Below, in pieces: positions 56,879-64,000 of a DNA stretch of 64,000 nt. The position numbers and the translations under genes were made by a program. The notes below the pieces were generated by a model. That model was not told the origin of the DNA. It was given only the letters and a program-made list of their open reading frames with translations, and ran no database searches. Each line of letters opens with the position of its first letter. Position 1 is the stretch's first letter. This stretch comes from the human T2T-CHM13v2.0 reference genome, Homo sapiens. The stretch lies in the NCBI RefSeq assembly GCF_009914755.1, contig NC_060932.1, one strand, 5' to 3'.

Positions 56879-57934
56879 ATCATAAAGTTAATATCAAATA
56901 ACCAGTTTATTCTATTTATTATTTTACTTACATGTACAATGTCAGAGGCTATTTTCTTCTTTTTCTCTTAACACAGATACAAGTATTTTGGCATACACAT
57001 CTTATAATTTTCCCATTTTAATATAACAAATTCCATCCCCAGGCAGGGCACAAATTTTTCTAGGAAAGAAAATTTAAATAATCTTATATTTCTTTTTTTG
57101 TATAAATTTAGAAAATAAATCCTGCGAATATACAAAGAAGTTCTAGAGACTGACTATTTTCCAAAGTTGTTTCTTTCTTTAACTCAGCTTTCAAATTGTG
57201 GTACACTATTTTTAAACATTTAACTGACCAGTTAATTTCAAAATTTGAGAAAAGTTTCAAAGTTTTTCCCTCATAAAGGTTTTATTGTACCTAGTGACAA
57301 CAAAATGAACCAAATAGCAGTCTTTATTTCAGTCTCTTACCATGTTGGAAAATCTAGAGAGTAGAAATGTAATTGTTTGGTGGGAGATTAAATAATCAGT
57401 AGGTTGGTGATATCAGAGAACCTGAGTAATTAAGGCCAAAACCAAGATCATATAAGTTGAGAGAACAATAAATTATGCCAACTTTTTGTCTTGGTTAAGA
57501 GAATCTAGACCATATAATTGCTCAGTAAGTCAACAAAGAGTGCACAGCTTTGGAACTGCTTGTTGCTATGGTTGAGAACATTAAAAAAATTAGAAATTAA
57601 AAGGAACTACAACAATAATTTCTTGCATTACATAAGCTTGGTTCTCTTAATTCACTGCAAGTTTTCACCACAATTTTCTCAAATCATATTTTAGTTTGTT
57701 TTGTTCCCTCCACATTGACTTTCCACGAGATTCAAAAGCATGGTAATAACAAAACCAAAATATCTATTTCGCCTTCTGTAGTATCATTATTTATCATTAT
57801 TTTAAATTTAAATTTCGATATTAATTTAATGAGAAATTAGAATTACAGATTAGAAGAGAGTATCTACAGTATAAATGTAGAATTGTTATTGGCAGTATAC
57901 TGTAATACTGCAGAGTCGTTATAGATTCTAAAAT

Positions 57935-58110
57935 ACACCTAAGTTTGTATTCTAACAATTGTACTTAAATCCTGTATATATTTAATCTCTTTGTACCTCA
58001 GTTTACGTATCTATAAGATAAAAATAATTATGTTATTTCATAATTTTGGCATTTTATATTGTTTCTGCAAAGGACCTATTAATGAATTACATGAGAGAAG
58101 TAACACATAT
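57935..58110 (+). mobile_element. MIR fragment
   Basis: tttaatctctttgtacctcagttt..atctataagataaaaataat. Confidence 0.55.
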
Positions 58111-60436
58111 AAAGTTAGGAAACTTTTAGGTAATAGTAGCAAATTAGCTCTAAGTTCTTGGTTCTAATTTCATGTTTATTTAAACCTTGTATCTTGTTGT
58201 TAGGATATAAATAAAATCAAGATGAAAAATATGCCTTTCAAATGTCTCTACAAAATGTAATTTTAATAACGTTAAGAGATAGATTTAAAAATTGAGAGAT
58301 ATTACTGATTACTTATTTATAGTTATTTAACTACACTTATGATAATAAAGCTTTTAATTTGCTTTAATGAAATTCAGTTTCATTGTATGAGTTTGCATCC
58401 ATAGTAAAAACATTTTTTTCATAAAATGTGTGAGGATCTTAGCAATATGATATTAACTAGAAAACTTTTTAAAAAAAAATACACACATGAAAAGGTGGAT
58501 CCAAACAAGGGAAGATAAAACAAAATATCAAGGCCACCGTGGTATGTCTAAATGTATTACCTAATTCATCAATGACACTTAACTTTAAGCATGTGCCAAG
58601 AGTATCTTATCATAATCATTTCACATGGAAAATGTTAAATTTATTAAATTTGTAAAATGTGAAATTTTGTGTTATGGCAAAGATGTACATTACAAAGAGT
58701 TCTAGACAGAATTTTCAAAATGGGTAGCATTGCTATGTTTACTTATGAAATTAATCACATAAGTTAGAAAGAGTTAGATGATATAAACTTACAGATAACA
58801 AACCCCCAGACAATAATACAAAATAATTCAGAACTTGTTTTATTTTTTTATATAGGCTAAACACTTAAGATTTACCAAGACATATCACAGATTGTTTCAA
58901 AGCAAAGGAAATTCAAGTAATCCTTTTACTTCCCAGTGAGAATATAAATCCAATCTGGCTGCCTTGATCTTTCAGGTCTCTCAGCTTCATTGCCTCAACT
59001 CTGGAGAATGCTGGGCTCCCCTTGTACTGCAAACTTGAAAATCTCTCTAGATGGTAATCTGGGACAATAGCAGAGGCTACATTCTTTATTTCTAACCATA
59101 AGATATATAAAACTGTAAGCAGAAAGTTAATTTCTCGCTGATATTTGGTAAAAAAATAGAAGTTCTCTCCTGTGAGGAATATACTTGACAAGACAGTGTA
59201 TACAATTATAAATACACCACATTTTCATTTTTTATAAGAATTGCACACAGTATAACTTTACATTATTTCTGTGTGTACAGAAAAAGATTTGTACTAGTTT
59301 TAAAAATAAAAAAATATTTAAATCTCATATATGTCAGAAATTTCTTCGTTTTCTAGAGTTTTGCAATAATTCTAACTTTACCAATAACAGCGACTCTGCT
59401 TCAAATGATCCCTTCATTCAATCCTAATTGATAGAGGAAATACTGAGTTTTATTTTTATATTCTTTATGAAAAACAATTATGAGATTATTGATAAAAGAA
59501 ATGACCAAAGATTATGCTACAAAAGTATAGTTAAATATTTGTGTAAGAGGGCCTGGAAAATTAATAAAATACTATATACTTGTTCTGGATTTTGTTTGTA
59601 TGTTTATAGAATTTTTACACATACTTGGTTGTGATTTTTTGTTCCAAATAATATTGATTGTTGTATTTGATTATGAATTGGTAGTTTTGTATAATTTTTC
59701 TTAAACTACTCCCCCACTAAATTTTATGCTTCAGGTTCCACAAAGTCAGGATCCACCTATATTGATTGGGCATAAAAATTTCCCCTAAAAGGAATTGTGA
59801 TTATAGTTAATTTCCTCTGTTCTATGTAAATAGGGATGGCAATAGTCAATAACTATGTGAAAATGGCAATGGAAGTTGAGGATAAGGAATTGCTTATAGA
59901 AGAAGAAAGTGTAAATTTATTTTGTCAGACTTCAACAGTTTCATGACCATAAATGACTAATTAGTCTGTCATTCACAGATGTCAAGTTGCATGGTGGAAG
60001 CTAGCATATATAGTTAGCAACTTTTAGGGAATGTGAGCATGTATATATATGTGTGCATGTCAATTATTCTTTTAATTATTAAGAATACAAAGAAGAGATA
60101 TAAAGTGTTTCAAACTCATTTAAAAACTGAATATCTATCTTTTGCTATGGCATTTGGTTTTTCTTTTTGTTATTTTTAGCAAATATTTAGCAAACTAATA
60201 GAAATGCCATGATTGTTTTATAATCCATAAGGCTCAACGTGTATCTTTGTCATAAAGGGATCAGATAGAAATAAAAGGAATCTGTCAAAAAGAGGAAAAA
60301 GAAAGGAGTGGAGCACACTATTTTATGATAGGTGACATATTGTAAAATAATGAGACACATTTTTAGATGTCAATATTAAAAAAAAAAAGTATCAGCATGT
60401 GGCTCAGGAGATGTGAATTTTTTTGGTAAATGCACA

Positions 60437-60690
60437 AATTCCTAGTGTTGTATACCACTGTAGGATGACTGTAGTTAACAATAACATATTATACAGTGTC
60501 AAGTAGCTAGAAGGAGGATATTGAATGTTCTCAGAACAAAGAAATGATAAATGTTTGCCTAACGTACATGCTAATCACCTTGATCTGATCACTATACATT
60601 ATATGTACCAAACATTACTATGTACCTTATGAATATGTATAATTATTATTTGTCCATTATTAAAAAAAATGTAAAATTTAAAAATAAAGT
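60437..60690 (+). mobile_element. L1MA4/5-like 3' end
   Basis: ctgtaggatgactgtagttaacaataa..gctagaaggaggatattgaatgttc..aaagaaatgataaatgtttg..gatctgatcactatacatt. Confidence 0.85.
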
Positions 60691-62169
60691 ACTAAAAGAA
60701 AAAGAGACTGTGTGTAAAGGACAAGCAAGCTGAAAAGTAAAAGACAGCTTTTTTTGATGAGTTCAATATATACTCATGCATATCTATTTCAGTGGAATCA
60801 AACTGGGATGTTTCAGCAGGCTTTCGCAATTTTCCGACTGATTTTACATTAGTAATTGAGAAAAGAAGTAAAACGATAAGTCATCCAGAAATTGAACTTC
60901 AATCTTGTTTCCAAAGAAACCAAGAAGACCAAATGTAATTGATCCCCAAATACTCCCTTTTTATGTCAGCAAAAATATGCAAAATACGAAGCAAACATCA
61001 TGTCAGTGTAAACTCAGTTTCTTTGTCTTCTGTATAATTGATACTAAAATTAAAATTACAATATGTATTTAGAGATTATTGGTATAAAATATTGTAATTG
61101 TGACTTTTTAAGAACATTTAGACTATTGACTTTAGAGAATGTATTTGTGTGTGTGTTTGTATTATTATGGATATATCAGAATTAATGTGTACACAATATT
61201 TGTTAATGCACTTCCACATACAGGATTAAGTATATGAATTATTCATTAGAAATTCAATTGAATTTTAAATTACTTATCTTGAAATACACTTTTTTGGGGT
61301 GGGGTTGTAAATTTGAAATCCTTCATATACATAGGAAGGAGCATGGCATAAACACTGACACAGTGACATAAGCCAAAATTTTCTCTCTCAACTATTTTTA
61401 TACATTTTCTAAGCTCCAGAAGAATATGTATGCTGAAACAATTCCCTCTAGCTCTTCTCATCTGCATGTACTCATTTAACCCTATCACTGTCTCTACTGG
61501 CACCCACCCCAAGATGGCTGCTTTAGGTCATCATTGTGGTCAACATGAATTGGCACAGTTATTCTATTCTTGCTAAGAAGAGATGATTCTACTCTTTTTA
61601 TAATGTTTCCCCTTCAGCTATCAACTAGAGATTGGCATGTTCAGTTTGGTGACAGAGGTAAATCATACTTGGTACCTAGAAGAAACTTAACTAAGGCTGC
61701 CTTTAATTAAGATATAAAAGTTAATGATTATCATCCAAGCAAAAATTTAATTTAATTGTAAGATTTGTCCTCTTTGTTTTTAGTTTTTAGTTTTAAAATA
61801 GTGAATAAATATTCACATATTTTAATTAGTATTTTGTCACCCCTAAACCTGATGCATTTTAACAAAGCCAAAACATTTTAATTGCCTGAATAGAATAATA
61901 CATCTATAGAAATTAAATCTCTCTGGATAGAAATAAGTGATTCCCAGTGTGTTATTCACAACTTTAAAGCTAAATTTATATTAGTCAATGTGTTTTAAGT
62001 ATAATTTATACCTTTTCACTTACTTTATGAAAATGCAAGACATACTAAAAATCGGCCATTTTTTAATTGAAAATCAAGCTTAACTGAGCATCCCGTACTT
62101 TATCTGACAACCCTAATTAGACAAACACTTTAAATATTTAATTACACACTAATTTTTCTCCTTCTCTGT

Positions 62170-62790
62170 ATTTCTTTTAAAATCATACTTTTTTGTAAAG
62201 AAAGTACTTATTATTAACAAATAAAATAACACATCAAATGATATAACTATACACAATCTATTAACCATTTTTTAAATCAATTTGTTTCCAATTTTTATAC
62301 ATTATGTAAAATGCATAGAGTAAATGTATTTTTGGCACTTGGCAATATACTATAACTCATTTCTTGCATTTCTCTAATTCTGTTTATTATTCTAATTATT
62401 AAATATTTAATAATACAATACAGATAATAATATAATGATCTACTGTTTAGTTCATCATAGTCCAAAGGTTTTGTTTATCATTTTACTTGACCACCTCCTT
62501 GCTTTATGTGATTGTACAATGAAGTGGACTTATAACGTATGAAGATCTTATTCAATCATTTCCACTGTTGAATTTTAGATATTAAACATATAGATAGATA
62601 TGAGTTTGCACTACATTTTTACACTAATGTTTGATGATGTCCTTAGAGAATATTCATAGAAATAGAATTATTGGATCAACAGCTGTGGGTGATTTAAAGT
62701 TTGTTTCATGTATTTCCAATTTCCTTTTCAGGAAGGTTGTGATTTGTACACTTTACATCAACCTTTGTGTATTTGCTATATGTTTCCATG
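62170..62790 (-). mobile_element. L1ME-like fossil
   Basis: ttattcaatcatttccactgttg..agaaatagaattattggatcaa..aggttgt..tacact. Confidence 0.5.
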
Positions 62791-62886
62791 CTTTTCTAGG
62801 AACTCATTTGGTGCCTAAAAAGAACAAATAACAACAAAACAAAATTTACCTCTTCATCTTTGCTTCACTTTTCTATTCTGCTACAG

Positions 62887-62960
62887 TGCTCCATTTTCCC
62901 TAATTACTCATATAAGAATTCAGGATAAATAGCTTATTCATTTCCACCTCCAGTTTCAAG
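62887..62960 (+). other. Candidate non-coding (lncRNA/UTR) exon, 74 nt
   Basis: Long pyrimidine tract plus ctacag acceptor; consensus AAG|GTAAGT donor; stops in all three frames. Confidence 0.35.
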
Positions 62961-64000
62961 GTAAGTTTATTTTTTCTAGTTATGCATTCTCATAATTACA
63001 AAGGATGCATAAGAAAATAGAATAATCACCATAGACCTCCCAGAGCAAGCATATATCTGGCTCTGTTGGAGTTTAGATCAGAATATCTTGGCTATCAGAA
63101 ACACAAAATAATTTGACAATTTCACTGTAATGAGAGTTTACACTGCTGAAGTTGGCAACTTTCATTATAGGATGTTCCGAAGGATTTTAGAATTCTATAT
63201 AATGAGATTCTGATTTCCACCTTTCCTTATCTAATAAATATATTTAACAGTATTTATAATCTACTTATTGTTTTACTAAATAGAGTTGTGTTTAATTTTG
63301 TGTAATTTTATATTTAGAAAAATAATATAATTTGGAAAATAAACCAATAAAATTTATTTTGATCTATATAATGCATACAAATATATTTAGCACCTTATAA
63401 ATAATAGCTTGCAAAAAATAGACTATATAGTGTCCAAAGAAACTATTGTATGAGAAGATATACTAGTTTACTCAAACCTTAAAATACTAGAAAAAAGTAA
63501 CAAAAATATTTTTGAATTAAATATTTTATACAATTTATTTATTCAATTAAGCAATTTATAAAACCAAATATGTATTTTAAAAATTTACAGTTTATGAATA
63601 TATATAGAAATGTCCACTCTATTATGATTGTCAGTTATTCCTAATGTTTGAGAGTTGTGAACAAGTAGTTTAAAGCAATTAGAGCCCTAGTTAGCAATTT
63701 GCACTACGTAGAATATTCAAAATAGTACACAGTCAAGGCGATAGAAATAGTTATTTCACCTCAAAAGATAAATGAACAGCTAATTATAAGAAATTTTGTG
63801 TGATTACTGCCTGATTTTTGAGGAAAGCAAGGTTGTTTTGCTTTATTTTCTTTTGGAAGCACCTTTATGTCCATTAAATTAGTTTTATATATGAAATTAT
63901 TTAAATACAATATGAATATCTAAAAATGATTACTTCCTTTGGGAATATGTTAGGTGTCATTTTTATAAATAAAACTTTGTATCAGTATCTTTACAGAGAC

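Overview
This is AT-rich, repeat-dense primate DNA, almost certainly human, starting at an EcoRI site (GAATTC, probably a clone end). I see no supportable protein-coding exon, tRNA/rRNA or CpG island. The ORFs I could interpret are transposon relics or low-complexity artefacts, and none of the others resembles a cellular protein I recognise. The window is intergenic or deep-intronic and reads as transposon archaeology. It holds an internally deleted old L1 (1-3245), a near full-length Tigger1 (11255-13437), about 12 Alus, and L2/MIR/MER/MaLR fossils. The centrepiece is a 5'-deleted ERV1 provirus (~29000-35164) with decayed RT, RNase H and integrase, an env resembling envR(b)/ERVPABLB-1, and an LTR24-like 3' LTR. 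An AluSp and an LTR18B solo LTR are nested inside it, and six more ERV1 LTRs follow within ~7 kb. Smaller oddities are a twin-primed L1PB with a probable 3' transduction, an LTR remnant at an L1 deletion junction, and a strong candidate non-coding exon at 62887-62960. I found no convincing evidence of a new biological system. Subfamily names are recalled from consensus sequences, not from a search, and need RepeatMasker/Dfam confirmation.
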